From Hydrolagus colliei (taxonomy: Eukaryota), in assembly GCA_035084275.1 (NCBI GenBank), contig CM068748.1, forward strand, positions 8,618,001 to 8,682,000: a DNA stretch of 64,000 nt. The letters are read 5' to 3'. Positions within the stretch are counted from its first letter, which is position 1, and the number at the start of each line of letters is the position of its first letter. The notes beneath the pieces were generated by a model, which was not told the origin of the DNA, did not search any database, and was given only the letters and a program-made list of their open reading frames with translations. The position numbers and the translations under genes are program-made. This document shows, piece after piece, positions 1 through 12,980 of the stretch.

Positions 1-2062
1 ACTGTCTTAGCAAATTACTGATCATAATAAAACTAGATAATCAGATTCAAGCAGTACATAAAGTTACAGTAGTTACTTTAAGTGACCATGTCGATGTTAC
101 TTCATACCACCGATCTCAGAGCGTCTTTTAAAAAAAAACAATTTTGAACCTGATGAATGTTGAGATGTTGAGCAATTGTCCTGTCAAATCAGCAAGGCAA
201 ATTTCCCACATTATAATTCATGTTCTGACAAGCACGGTTCATCAAGCAATGGTTAACTCTGCATGTCTAAGTGACAGCATTCCAGGTGATTACACTATCT
301 TGGAGGAAAATTTGCAAGCAGAAAGTATGTGAAACATCTTCGTTAGTATTGTGTGTTAGCCTTTGGATCAATTGCAGCATTTCAAAATCAACTGGAATCC
401 ACCATTATTTGAAGCACCAAACGTGGAGAAACAATTTGAGAAGTAGCAAATCCTAATTGTGAAGGTGATATTCTCTGTCCTGGATCATTGCCAATGATAC
501 CATAAGCTAGACAGGAAAGCTGTGCATCTGGACTAGTTTGAATTATAATCATTCTGTATTATTCTCTAGGCCACATAAGATCGGTTTGGATGAAGGAGGT
601 GAGAACTTGGTGCAAGTTAAGAATCTTAGATCAACAGGATCAGAAGAATTTATTTCACAAGTAAAGGATGATCTCTATCTTCATCTTTCTGAGAACAATG
701 ACCCAGCAGCAAAAGTGAGAGATTAAGAAGAAAGGTTTGTTGAATTTATACTTGAACTGTTCACAGAACTCATCTTTGGCACAGGTGTTATATTTTTATA
801 GCTGGTCTGCCTGTGATCTCAGAAATGCTATTAAAATGTGGCCGATGGTCAGCTCACGTAATCTTCACTGTGGAATGTGCGTGTATACTTTTTGCTGAAA
901 AAGCATTCTTCTTCCCAGATCTTTCACATCTTGGAGCAGAGGTCCTTTTTAGGATGCCAAGAAACTTTATTTATAGGCATCTCCTCCATCACAAGGACAA
1001 ACTTCCCTCTCACAAAAAGCAAGCTACGCAAATGCTACTCTGCGGAGCTATAACCTGCAATGTTGGACAACTGCCAGCAGGAGAATCACATGCATCATTA
1101 GCATGGAGAATTCCATTTTGAATGCGGGATTCAAATGTGGGAATTTATTGAGCAATGCAAATCTTCTCCAAAGCAGGGAGTACTATGGGTATATAAATAT
1201 GGCTTTCACTCTCCAAATCTCAGCAAATAGAAGTGATATTCAGCTTCCTTTGCATTCACACCAGTAACTGTGATATCGGTAATAAAACTGAAAAACACAG
1301 TAATATTAGTGATTAATATTTCATTTGATATAGTGGCTTTCGCATGAGGACATCTTAAAGCACTTCACAGGATATACTAAAGTGCTGTGACTTGTATTTT
1401 ATAGTCAAAATTTATTATTGGCAAATAAATAAAACAAATCGTCCCTCCGATCACAAATGGAGAAATAAAATTGCAAAGGAGTAATTAATGTTGATGGCAT
1501 CAATGAGCATGTAGGTTGAAAAAGTAACCTGATGACACATCAGTTGATCCTCACATGTGCTTGAGACAATCACCCTCCCCCAACACACCCTCAAATCTAA
1601 CCCACAACCCTGGACCACTGATGGTAAAGAGAACTTAAATGAAATGGTAATTTCACTTTAATTTATATCTCTTCGACCCCCACTCAGTTCCCACCCTTAG
1701 CTGAGGTACCCATCCATCATGTACCTTTATCCAGATGTGAAATATACTGTTTAAATTATACTGTATTTAAACTCTTAAATAAATTGAAATATGGTAATAA
1801 TTCAAAAATTGCTTCTGGTAAGCTAAACATTACAAGTTACTGTAATTTCAAGATACTAAATAATAGTCAACACTTAATGTGGTCACTCTAAGGTCTCTTC
1901 AAATGGACTAAATAAAACTCATAATATTTCAACAACAATAAATATGTCTAGCCTGATATTTTTTTACAAAAGTAATGTTTTTGACACAAACAAAAACATC
2001 CATTGTTGAATCGTTAATTGCAACCATCAACTCTAACTGTATGTACAGTATAATATATTTTT

Positions 2063-2369
2063 GCAGTCGCTCAGTGGTTAGAGCACTCGCCTTGCAAGCA
2101 AGAGACCGGAGTTGATTCCTGGCAGGCAGGGCGAAACCTTGGGCAAGTTTTCTTATTCCACATGCCTGATAATAATCTCCCTCAAAAAAAGTCATACTAT
2201 AAATCAGTCACTTAAATCCATGACTGTTTATGAGTCACTGTTGTGTGCAATTAGCTGCCACATTTCGCCCAGAAAATATAATGTCAATTCACTTTACAGT
2301 ATATTCTGTATATTTGCCTAGAAGTCGTGAAAACCGCTAAATCAAATGTAAGGATTATTACTATTATTA
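2063..2369 (+). mobile_element. tRNA-derived Deu-domain SINE with L2-type tail, short form, near full length
   Basis: Head GCTCAGTGGTTAGAGCAC with degenerate B box, CCTTGGGCAAGTT block, Deu-like TGTGCAATTAGCTGCC, tail ending CAAATGTAAGG(ATT)n; matches many copies in the window. Confidence 0.9.
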
Positions 2370-2662
2370 ACCTTTGGTCTGCTGAGGACTAGTTTGATCA
2401 TCTAACAGCAGGAGTATTGATCTCTTATTGCTCCAACTTCCTCTTTAAAATGCAGAGCAAGACAGAGATTGACAGGTTGCAGCTCATCAACGTTTCAGGT
2501 TTCATTGTCTGCTAAACACATTCAATAACAGCCATTCTTGAGCAATCCTAATGACTTTCAAAATGGATACTGCAGGCGGAAACAAGCAGACAGGCAAGTG
2601 ATGAGTTCTAAGAGTACAGTGACTAAATTTTTTTCAGCAACGTACAGTAATGCATGAGCCAA

Positions 2663-2725
2663 AAACAACAACAAAATTCAATTTCTAGAATGCTTTTCAC
2701 GTCGGGAGGACGTCCCAAGGCACTG
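2663..2725 (-). mobile_element. Very short L2 LINE 3'-tail insertion
   Basis: (CAA)n followed by TTTCACGTCGGGAGGACGTCCCAAGGCAC, the reverse complement of the L2 terminal stem-loop at 8491-8528. Confidence 0.8.
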
Positions 2726-3104
2726 TTGAAAACATGCAGAACTAACCCAGCTCTGTAGAGCTACTGACCATCAAAGAGTTAAATGGTTTGGCGCATAAGA
2801 AAGTTGGAATCCTGTACTATTTAAGTAGCATTTTTTCTATATAGAACTGCAAATTCTGTTGCTTTATTCTCAGGTGTAATGGTTTATCATAGACCAGGTT
2901 TGCTGTTCCAAAATCCTTCGACTTTTAGTTAAAATATCATAAAATTTACATTGTTGACATACAATTATGTATAAGTTCATTAAAATGTCATTAGGTCTAG
3001 CTGACGTGGACTTCTTCAAATCTAAAGCTGATCTCCACATCTTTTCCCTTGTAATTCTTCAATAAATGCAGGAATGCGTATATGTGTTTACGTATGCGTA
3101 CGTA

Positions 3105-3228
3105 AGGGAGATGGTAATTGAGGCTTGTGGGATGGGCTGGAGAGTCCTTTGGTGGATAAACATCGGCATGGACTAGTTGGGCCGAATGACCTGTTTCAGG
3201 GCAGTATGGACTTTGTAATTCTATGTTA
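3105..3228 (+). mobile_element. CR1 LINE 3' end fragment
   Basis: GGCATGGACTAGTTGGGCCGAATGACCTGTTTC...TGTAATTCTATG resembles a CR1 3' UTR and terminal repeat. Confidence 0.65.
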
Positions 3229-3544
3229 CCACCCCTTTGTTGAGAAACAATTGTCGTTGATGTTCCCTGGTTATCTGAATTGTTCTACTGAGCAATAGCC
3301 TGTGATATCAGTAAGCACAACATAGCCGTCAGTATGAATGATACTCTCCAGGAATGGCTGCTGGGTAAAGGTTTTGCAGAATACTTTAGTCAAAAGAGCA
3401 TTGAAAATTTTAATAGTTACATTATGTTTTATAGAGGTGACAACTGGTGAACATTAAATCCAACATTTCTTTTTGACTATTTCTTTTTGACTATTTTCTC
3501 AACATATCCCTTAACCCATTCTAAATCCAACCACTCTATGCTTG

Positions 3545-3592
3545 TCAGCTGGCTCACTGGGCAGCACTTCGACTCTGAGTCAGAAAGTTGTG
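3545..3592 (+). mobile_element. Head fragment of an older SacSINE1/AmnSINE1-like DeuSINE
   Basis: GCTCACTGGGCAGCACTTCGACTCTGAGTCAGAAAGTTGTGG; reverse complement resembles 8850-8905. Confidence 0.55.
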
Positions 3593-3821
3593 GTATAGGG
3601 GAACTCTTGTAAAAACTATTGTTTTCATCATCACAGCACATTCTAGTCATCCCATGAAAACAAGAGTTTTTGTCGGCAACACTGATAATGTGATGGTCAA
3701 GCAACCAAACACGGAACGTGTTTTTCTGTAAAACCTAATTCATTCACAACTACTTTTGATTAATACAGAAACTTTAAATCTTCCAAGCATTTTACAATTT
3801 TCTTTTATTCCAAATGGGACA

Positions 3822-4150
3822 ATCTGGGTTTGATTTCCAGAAGGGTGAAACATTGGGCAAGTTTCCATACTCCACACGCCTTTGTTTACCGAGAAGTAAG
3901 TTGGAACCCGGATGTTAGTCGATTGGTGGATTGCTTTTCTGGGGGTAATAATCTTTTCAAAATAAATAAAAATAATAAATCACTCAATCTGTGACTGGTT
4001 GTGTCAATTCACTTTACTGTATATTTTGTGAAGCGCTTTGAGACATCTAGAACAACAACAACCACAAAATTACAGCTCATATAGCGCCTTTCATGTCAGG
4101 AGGACTAGAAGACGTGAAAAGTGCTATATCAAATGCAAGGATTATTATTA
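3822..4150 (+). mobile_element. Deu-domain SINE, long form, 5'-truncated, tail interrupted by an antisense L2 tail (4053-4104)
   Basis: TTGGGCAAGTTTCC block, long-form segment TGTTTACC..GGAACCCGGATGTTAGTCGATTGG, tail resumes after a CTAGAA duplication. Confidence 0.85.
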
Positions 4151-6267
4151 TGTCATTTTTCTACACGCGAATATCCACATTTCGTTTTAATTCACATAAA
4201 AGTTACAATCTTAATATAATACCAACGAGTTCATTTTTGGTGGATTTTCTTTTGAGAATCTATTCTTTCATGTAATGTCTAGGAGCCATTTTAAAAGCCC
4301 TTTGATACAGTACAATTGCTGGTTGTTTCTGCACAGCTGTTTAAATGCTACCCTATTAATTCTGCCCTTCAGCCAAGTGTATTATAAAATTAGGATATTC
4401 TGTTTGTTCAAACTTCAATAAAGTGGCGTATTGTGCTCCATACATCAAAGTTTTTTTTTATAATCTTTTACTGGAATGTCACTTTATAAATAATATCCAA
4501 AGGATAATCCAATAATTAGTTCATATATAAAGCAACAAATTACCCTTTTTAAAAAGAATCAGACAATGAGTCATCTCGTTCTAAAACGATTTTCTCCACC
4601 TCCTTTCAGGACACTTATTACTAAAATGTATCCTGAAGCCAAAAAAAATCTGCCCTTGAAATCCAACAGAATATTTGAAGCACAATGAAGTCAAATCCAT
4701 CATTCCTCACTTTACATCCACATATTTAGATACTTGAACTATACAGACACCCCTTTCAGTGGCCGGTTCTAAGTGAATTTAAGTGTACTTAGCGGTAACG
4801 CATTATCAATTTGCTCGACACACCACGAACAGCAACATCAACACCACTGTGTATTTATACGGTGCCCTTCACGTAGAATAATGTGTCAGAGCATCAAACA
4901 CCACTATATATAGGCATACATAACATACACCTTATACAGTAATTTTTTCCTCTGCCTCTAATCGGCACATAACCCATTTAAATTCAATTAAATTATATAA
5001 TTTTTAAGTGTATTTTCATGGAACATTTCACATATAAATGCCCACCTAGGTTTCATGCTCGTTTCAGCATAGAACTGAAATTTTATATACAAACATAATA
5101 GTGGGCAGTAAGCTAATAAAATCTTGAAGACAAGCAAAACCGCAAAATGTTTCAGTACCTTTCAATATGCTGGTTTGCCATTCAGTCCACGGTTACTAAT
5201 GTGGTTGTAAAAACAACTTCCATTTTTAAGAAATGCAGAATACCAGATCAGGAATAAATGAGCATAGGTGACATTGGACTACATCCCACTTGAAAATATT
5301 TTCAGCCTTTTAAACATTTGAATTAACGACACTAAATAAATATATAATTGTACGCATTTTATTGGATTCATCACAGAATGTTCCAATGATTAAATTCTAA
5401 TTGAAGCATTCAGATATCCATACTCTTGAACTAAATGATTATAACATGGTTCCAGGTGAGCAAAATTTTTTAATTTTTAAAATATACATATGTGGCACCT
5501 GTACCGATCAAAGTTAATAACTAAAACATAAGGCAAGGCAGATATCAAAGGAAAATGCCAAGTTTCTCCTTCGTTCATAGTTATGTAAATGTTTATGTTT
5601 ATCTTGATAAGGTAAAACTAATACATCTCTAATCCTTAACTAAATATTTTTTCTACCAATTCTTCTCCCCTTCAGTTCAGCATGAACAATTTCTTATTTA
5701 CACTGCCAAAGCATTTCTTAAGATGGTTCCTTCCAATTCGGCTCACAACTCATTGCTTTATATTGACTGGCTCTTTCAGACAATGTAAAAAAATGATTGG
5801 CCAAGGTACTCATTTGGGGCAGGAGATATGGATCTGTTTGAAAATGATAGAGTGGGCAATATTTTTTTAAAAACTGGCTTCCCGCAACACATTGCTGTAA
5901 AATTCTGAAAACAAATCTGCTTCTCCAGGCACTATTTGTATTTTTGGTCAGATAAGTGTTTGGCACATGGAAACCAATACCATTCTTATGAGTGCCCAAA
6001 CCAGACAGAGTTCCCATAGGAACACCAAATTTCACCATTTCTTTGGAATGATGTGCACTCTTTCTCTCTGGGGGTGGCACATTGTTTACACACTTCCAGA
6101 ATGCATGAGATGCAAATTGACAAGATCAAGGACTTGGGTGATATCCGAGTGTATCTTGAAGTTGGGGTACTGCTGGAATTTAACCAACAAAAACAACGTA
6201 ATATAGAACCGTAACAGGCACCCACTAAACTGCATGAGGATGAAAACATATGCAATCTGTTATTAGT

Positions 6268-6377
6268 TTGCCCACAAATATACAGTCAATTCACTTTACA
6301 GTATATTCTGTGAAGCGCTTTGAGACGTCTAGAAGATGTGAAAAGCGCTATATCAAATGTAAGGATTATTACTATTA
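6268..6377 (+). mobile_element. SINE 3' tail (5'-truncated copy)
   Basis: CAGTCAATTCACTTTACAGTATATTCTGTGAAGCGCTTTGAGACGTCTAGAAGATGTGAAAAGCGCTATATCAAATG(ATT)n. Confidence 0.9.
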
Positions 6378-7719
6378 GTACTGTAGTAGAATTACATTTA
6401 TGATCTCCTATACCTACATGGATTAATATCAGAGTGGTTTTTTTTAAGTAGTTCATCTTGTGATATTAATAAGTGGTTTTTGCCTTGAGACATGATAACT
6501 ACACGCGGTAGCAAATTAGAGCATAATGTATGTAGAAGCACCTATGCAATGGCTAATATTGCAAGGATTATTATTATTATCCAATTTTCTTTAAAACTCA
6601 AAGGACACATTTTGATTGATGTGCAGGTCAATAGCTCGTAAAAATAAAACATATTGTGCTTTAAGGAATTCATTGACATGGTTAAATATAAAGGCATGGA
6701 GACAGATATTGAAAAGGTTATGTTGAATATTTAAAGTTGTTCAAAGATTTGCCTCTGGTACAGGACTCTCATTACATTTATCACTATATAGTTACTGTAT
6801 TGCTTCTTGCAATTTTCTAAAGTACCTATACTTTAACAATGTTGCCAGCTCATTACAGAACTTCATAGTAAGCAATATAAATTATTGATTTTCGACAGAG
6901 CTTCCTGCCGAATGGAACTTTACAATGTTCATATTGGATCATGAGTAGAGTGATCCGTTGACATTTGATGTGTTCTCTTGTAAACACTGGACTACCGATT
7001 AAAGCAAAACAAATAACTAAAAAGCATCATAGAAAGTGGTTGTGGGTAACATTATGTAACATGGGCAATAGCAAAGGGATGCAATAAAATGATTTAGTTA
7101 CTCTGGTAGGTAGACAACTTATTAAAAGACCACATTGATCCCACAGGTTAAGTTGGGAAGAGATAGAGGTTCATAAATTGGCAGCTTTGTTAAATAGATT
7201 CTTCAAAACTGAAGATTCTGACACAGGAATCTATAATACAAGTCAACTTCAGGAAATAATTCTTACGAAGAAATATGAGCATATCTACAAAGCACCAGAC
7301 GGACAGATAGGCCCTAGAATATAAGCAGATTAAAAAATAGAAGCTCATACTTTTTAGGAACAATCTAAATGCAAACCTGAATACTAAAGGATGCCAAGTG
7401 CTACTGTGATATTCAAAACAGATGTGAGGCAAAGATGAAAATGATGCACCAATAGTATAACTAGGAATAATAGTTGTACAAAATGTGATTAGTGTTATCT
7501 ATAGCCCATGAAGCTCAGGTGTCGTGTGCATATTTTTATAAAGTGGTCAGAGAATCTACAACAATTTACATTCCACAGCATCTTATATGTAGGGATGATG
7601 TCCAAAGGCTCGACAACTGAGTCTCTGATGGGTTGGGGGAGAGAAATAGGGGGCAATGTGGTCAAAAGCTTGATTGATCTACTGCATAATCTGTCTCTGC
7701 TGATTCTCAAACTACCAGT

Positions 7720-8810
7720 TTCCCTAATCCTTCCAAGTTCCCCTTAATAAAGTCACCTGTGGAGTACCCATCCTTGACCTCACTTATTTTCATTACCTGC
7801 ATGCCTGCCTCTCAGCGATGCCATCAGCAGACATGGGATCATCCCCATATTTGCGGATGACACCAAAATCTTGTTTGACAGACATCAAGGCCTGAATGAG
7901 TGCAAATTTTCTGCAGCTGAATGTCAGCAAGACAGAAGCCATACTCTTTGGCTCCCGTCAACATCTTCTCTCCTGCGGGTCTGAACTCCTCAACCTCCTC
8001 GGGCTCTCCATCACTCACCAAACCTGTGTGAAACCTAGTCATTAGGTTTCATGCCCAGCTTTCCTTTCTACCTTATATCCATTCCCTGATCAGGACTGCT
8101 TTGTTTCTCCTCTGTCATATTGCCAGCCTCCGTCCCTTCCTCATAACCAGCACAGCTAAAACTATTCCACATCTATGCTTTTGTCACTTCTCAGCTGGAC
8201 TAATCCAATGCCCTCCTAGTAGGTCTCCCCAACTCCACCAGATACAAGATTTAATTAAGTAAATACATGGTCAGTCACCTTCACAAAACTCCTTACCCCC
8301 ATTACACCATTCCTTGCCAGACTCCACTGGCTTCCAATTCCCAAACACAAGGAATTCAAGATCCTTATTAGTTTTCAAATCTGTTCATGCTCTCACATAT
8401 CCCTATGATTTGCTTATCCCCAATTCCACTACCCGCTGCCTCCACTCACCTGGCTCCAGCCTCCAGTTTGTCCATTGTACTAGCGCCTTTTAGCGCCTTG
8501 GGACGTCCTCCCGACGTGAAAGGCGCTATATAAATTTAAATTGTTGTTGTTGTTGTTGTCGTACTCTCCATTCCTCCATCGGTGGCCATGCCTTCAACCA
8601 CTATTACACAAAATCCTGGAATGCTCTCTGGAATCCCTCCTCCTTGCTGCTTCCCTCCCTACTTTCCAATCCCACCTAAAGACTCTTTGATCATGCTTAC
8701 GGTCATCTTCCCCCTCCTTCTTCTCCAGGTCGGTATCAGACTCTGTCACTGTCAAGCACTGCAAGACACTACTGCTTGAAGGGCACTATATAAACTCAAG
8801 TTACTGTTAT
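7720..8810 (+). mobile_element. Degraded L2 LINE: 3' part of ORF2 (RT and C-terminus) and 3' UTR
   Basis: TTTGCGGATGACACC encodes FADDT (RT YADD-like motif); HAFVTSxLDYxNALL-like and CTCCACTGGCTTCC (LHWL) blocks; tail GGGCACTATATAAACTCAAGTTACTGTT; many frameshifts. Confidence 0.85.
8482..8560 (+). mobile_element. Young L2 3'-tail nested in the older L2
   Basis: Intact stem-loop TAGCGCCTT..ACGTC..GACGT..AAGGCGCTA plus (TTG)n, flanked by GTACT direct repeat (8477-8481 and 8561-8565). Confidence 0.85.
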
Positions 8811-8910
8811 TGGAATGTCAGCCTCCAATGACATTCAAAGTCCTGAAGTGGGGCTTTGAACTCACAACCTTTTGATTCAGAGACGAGAGCGCTACTAATG
8901 CACCCAGGCA
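8811..8910 (-). mobile_element. Older SacSINE1/AmnSINE1-like DeuSINE head
   Basis: TGTCAGCCT..GAAGTGGGGCTTTGAACTCACAACCTTTTGATTCAGAGACGAGAGCGCTAC is the reverse complement of a tRNA-like head. Confidence 0.65.
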
Positions 8911-9495
8911 ACTGTGGTTGAGATTGAGGAAACAGTAGCAATGAATCAGTACATGTAGCACATTTCAGTCAGACAAGTACAATGTAATTCACACACAGTA
9001 GTATTTAAAATGAGATTTCCTTCCACCAGCAAAATTTGCATTATTTTATTGCCTTCCTTTAACCTTTTAATCTACCCAGACACTGTAAACATGTGCGGTA
9101 ATATTATTTTCTGCCAAGCACTTCTACATAGATGTAAGCAAGCAGACTCATCCCACGTAATGAATAGCTAGGGTGAAGAGTTCAACGTATACATTAATGA
9201 CTAATATCAGAATAAAGTGAATAAGACTGCACAAGTAAAATAATCATCTGGGATATTACAAACAGATGACTTTGAAATGAAGCAGTGGTAATGCAGGTGA
9301 TATAAAGCAAGCTTTATGCTGAATTATGAAAACTTCAAAGAAATTCGACGGTATGGATCAATTAAAAACATATTTTGGTTTGCACACAAACTATTTATTC
9401 TTCATAACAAGAGAATGAACTGGGAAATTCCAATTTCATTCATGTAAACATAGACATAGCCATGGCTAACTGGAAATCAAAGGTAATCAAATTAC

Positions 9496-9569
9496 CTTGT
9501 GAGCTACAACTACCAATTGTTCACAATCTTCATCAGACTCAAAGGAATCAAAATACTCCACCATCTGTC
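9496..9569 (-). other. Candidate 74-nt internal exon, (G)QMVEYFDSFESDEDCEQLVVVAHK, unassigned
   Basis: Minus-strand TTTGCAG|G acceptor and AAG|GTAATT donor bound an open frame; no homolog recognised. Confidence 0.25.
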
Positions 9570-9613
9570 CTGCAAATTTTAGCAATGCTAGACTAGAGCT
9601 GGGAAGAAATAAC

Positions 9614-9665
9614 AAATGTCTAGAAGACATGAAAAGCGCTGTATCAAATGCAAGTATTATTATTA
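9614..9665 (+). mobile_element. SINE 3' tail fragment
   Basis: ATGTCTAGAAGACATGAAAAGCGCTGTATCAAATGCAAG(TAT)n. Confidence 0.85.
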
Positions 9666-9704
9666 AATTCAATGGTTCATAAATGTGTCAGTTAATCCTC
9701 AAGA

Positions 9705-9880
9705 CTACTCACGGAGAAGGGAATGTTTCCCCGTTCCTGTCCAGAATTCCTCAGATTTAAAATAAATTGGTTATTCAATTCTTGGGTGATTATGGGACAT
9801 TATCTTGTGTAAATTAGCTGCTATGTTTACCTACAAGACACACGGTTTTTACACCTCCCAATGAATCCTGTGAAGTGAAA
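9705..9880 (+). mobile_element. Highly diverged Deu-domain remnant
   Basis: TATGGGACATT..TGTGTAAATTAGCTGCTATGTTTACCTAC resembles the Deu core. Confidence 0.5.
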
Positions 9881-10479
9881 ATACATGTTCCTAAACACAA
9901 TGCTGTGCTGAAGTCATCTTTACTACATCACAGGGTTCAGAGATCTTAGAAACACCAAAAAGTTCCATAGAAAATAGGTTTGCTTTCATGAAAACAAATG
10001 GTCATTTATGATATTTTTTAAATGCTGCAAACCAACAAGAGTTGTTATCCATGCCACCAAATAATAGTTGCTGCATTTGATTAAGAGCTTTTTACTTTGG
10101 TAATTTCCAGAGAATTCAAAGTTTTCCTCCAAGCAGCTATTTTTCCTAATTAGTTGGGTTACCAATTATATATTCTGTTCTTGGTTCCTCATTGATAATC
10201 TTGAACTTCAAGCTTTCTTGCACATTGCTGTCAAGGCAACGGACATCACTTAATTGCTCCCAAATGGATTGTGGTGATTCACAATCTTGGCCACTTCAGC
10301 TGGTGCCAACAAGTTATCTTATTCTAAATGGATATCTTATCTTAGGTGTGCAATAAAATCCCAAGAGTTCACAAGATCGGTTCAGATGATGAACGAATTT
10401 GCTTTTGCCCATTTGCTATCTACCTCCCAGAATATGAAGCCTACCAGCCTCCGATAACAGCATCAAGCTGTCTTTTTCA

Positions 10480-10580
10480 ATGAGTCTAATGACCTAACTT
10501 CCTTCCTTGCCAACCCGTTCCAGTCCTTAACTACCCTGTGGGCAAAGAAAAATGTCCTGTGCCAGTCCTGAAATTTCCAA
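10480..10580 (-). mobile_element. CR1 remnant
   Basis: GTTCCAGTCCTTAACTACCCTGTGGGCAAAGAAAA resembles 43081-43120 (FFTQRVVNVW region). Confidence 0.55.
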
Positions 10581-10771
10581 GAATTTGAAACTTAAGCAAA
10601 TTCTTATGTTCTCAAACTTCTGTCCTCGTGAAAAAAGAAAATGCATCCCATTAGCAAAGAATTACACGGTAGTGACTTAATATTAATAATAGCCCTTACA
10701 TTTGATAAAATACAATTTGTATTGTGAGGTCATCTCAGAGCGCTTTAAAGGATCTATTGTAACTGTAATTG

Positions 10772-11064
10772 TATTGTATGATGCTTTACACATCTTCGAG
10801 ATGTCTCAAAATGTTTCACAGAATATACTGTGAAGTGAATTGATTGTACATTTGTGGTTGAAATGCGGTCGCCAATTGTGCACAGCAGTGTCCTGCAAAC
10901 AGTTGTGGATTGAAGTAACCAATTTATTATTGTTTTTATCTTTTGAGGGATTATCATCAGGCATGTGAAGTAAGAAAACTTACCCAAGGTTTTTCCCTGC
11001 GAGGAATCAAACCCAGGTCTCTTGCTCGCAAGGCAAGTGTTCTAAACACTAAGCTGCAGGACTC
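10772..11064 (-). mobile_element. Deu-domain SINE, short form, near full length
   Basis: Reverse complement of the 2063 and 52986 copies including head. Confidence 0.9.
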
Positions 11065-12654
11065 CTGTTGAGTGAGTAGAGATCACATTTTTGAAGCCAA
11101 ATACAGCATCCAATTGGTCTATAATCTAATTTCAAGGTTCTCATGAAGATTGTTAAATCATTCAAAGTTCAATGAAATATCTTTATTAGACAGTGTGACC
11201 TTTATGATCGGCGAACAAAATACATTTTCTTAATTGAATACTTCTTGATTATGCCATAAATCAATCAAGAAAAAACACTACTGATCGAACCTGGGTTTTC
11301 CTAGAATTGTGCGAATGTTCAGGGGTCCTTTGTTGATGGTCTTGAGTGCCATGTATTGGCCACCAATGATTTATACTATTAGAAACTAAAAGTAGATTTC
11401 ACCAGAACATTTGAATGATTTGCACATACACTATTTGCTCGTACCAGAAGTACTGTATACAATTTTGGTCACTATAACATAAGGAAATCTTCCAGGCTCG
11501 CGGTTGTGCTAACAAGATAAACAGGAGTAATCCCAAGCAAATGTAAGGAGCATTATTATTATTTAGACCTTTTTTAAACTTAATTACAGCCATCGAATCT
11601 TGTCTTCTCATTTCATTTAAAGTCAATACAGCCATCAGAATTCTCAACAGATTCATTGATAATAGATAACTGCATAATTCAGGACAAAAACACAATATTT
11701 GCAGATAATGCAGATAATTACTTTATTGCATGAGCACCTGTTGTCATTTCATTTATCTCTGCCACTATCCTACAAGTCAATCCACTGGGAGATAGAATTA
11801 ATGAATCTTTACATGACCCTTCTTACAGAGATTGTGTTAACAGTATGGTCAATGCAGTTGAAAATCACCTTCAAAGGAATCATTCTCAAACTGACAGATC
11901 TATAAAGCTTCATGTGAGACTATTGTTGAAACTACTATACACAACTACAATTCAGTCTAAATAATTAAGATATACTTTAAGACTCCCATCAATTTAAAAT
12001 AATTAGCAATCAAAATCATTGGAAGCAAAGATATATCATAAAACTTGCATGCAGTTGCTGCCTAAAGTGATGACCTGCTTCTATCTCCATAGATTGAATT
12101 TAATGACTCAATTTCTCCACAGGCATAAAGGATGCCAGCAAAAGACTGCTGATGGGCCATTCAAAATAATCTGCAGTCTCCTCAGTTCAATTTCTTGATA
12201 CAAGAGAGAGTAAAGGATTTACTGAGATGAGACAGTTGTTATCTTTTCATTTAACAAAAAAAATTCAGTCGGCCAGATAGATTACATCTTCAGGATAAAA
12301 GAAACCCTTTGGTGGTGTGAAAATGAGTGATTTGGCACATTATGATCAGGAGCTTTCTACAAACAGTATTCAGAAAGTTAAGCAAGAGGTGCCTCATGCA
12401 CCAATGAATGGTGGCCAATCAAGATCATTTTAAAAATATTGTAATGGTCACAGTCAAGTAGTTAATATAACATGTAATACAATTCTTCTGTGCTTTCACA
12501 TTGCATAAGTGAAATAAAGATACTTAAGCTGCTTGACTTAATGAAAAGTTGAAGTAGTGATACATATGCCATTTGAAATACAAAGCAAATAATGTCTCTG
12601 TGATTTTTGCCAGAAGATTGCTTTCGTTCACAGCAGGATTCTACTGCTTATGTT

Positions 12655-12776
12655 TTATATATCTATCTCTATATACAGTATATCATATATATATAAAAAT
12701 ATCACATATATTATATGTAATAATATATGGTATATATATATGTAATACTATATAATAATATATTATATATGTGTGT
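12655..12776. repeat. Degenerate (AT)n low-complexity tract
   Basis: TATATA/ATAAT runs. Confidence 0.85.
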
Positions 12777-12879
12777 GGCTGTAGGTGAATGAGTAAGCTA
12801 CCACTTCATTTTATATATATTAAAGAAAGATACTGTTACAAATGCACAACAGGTGGACAACCAACTGAAATAAAGAGGT

Positions 12880-12980
12880 AGGTTCAAGGTTTGGCACCTG
12901 ATCTTTCATCAGAATGAACCTGCTGTGAATTTTCAGTTATTTCAGCTTTCCAACATTTCATTTTCTGTTTCATCCATATT
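12880..12980. mobile_element. Possible Penelope-like/chondrichthyan repeat remnant
   Basis: CTTTCATCAGAA..ACCTGCTG..TATTTCAGCTTTCCAACAT..TTTTCTGTTT resembles a common shark repeat from memory. Confidence 0.3.

Noticed and set aside
538-726. Protein-like ORF with possible plus-strand splice sites
   Set aside because: No recognisable homology and no supporting neighbouring exons; chance level in 64 kb
3466-3495. 14-bp tandem duplication TTTCTTTTTGACTA (also a 15-bp one at 39338-39367)
   Set aside because: Ordinary slippage duplications; two units only, not an array or CRISPR
3477-3725. Minus-strand ORF that looks like a Cys-rich exon
   Set aside because: Its 3' part is the antisense of an old SINE head (3545-3592); no homolog recognised
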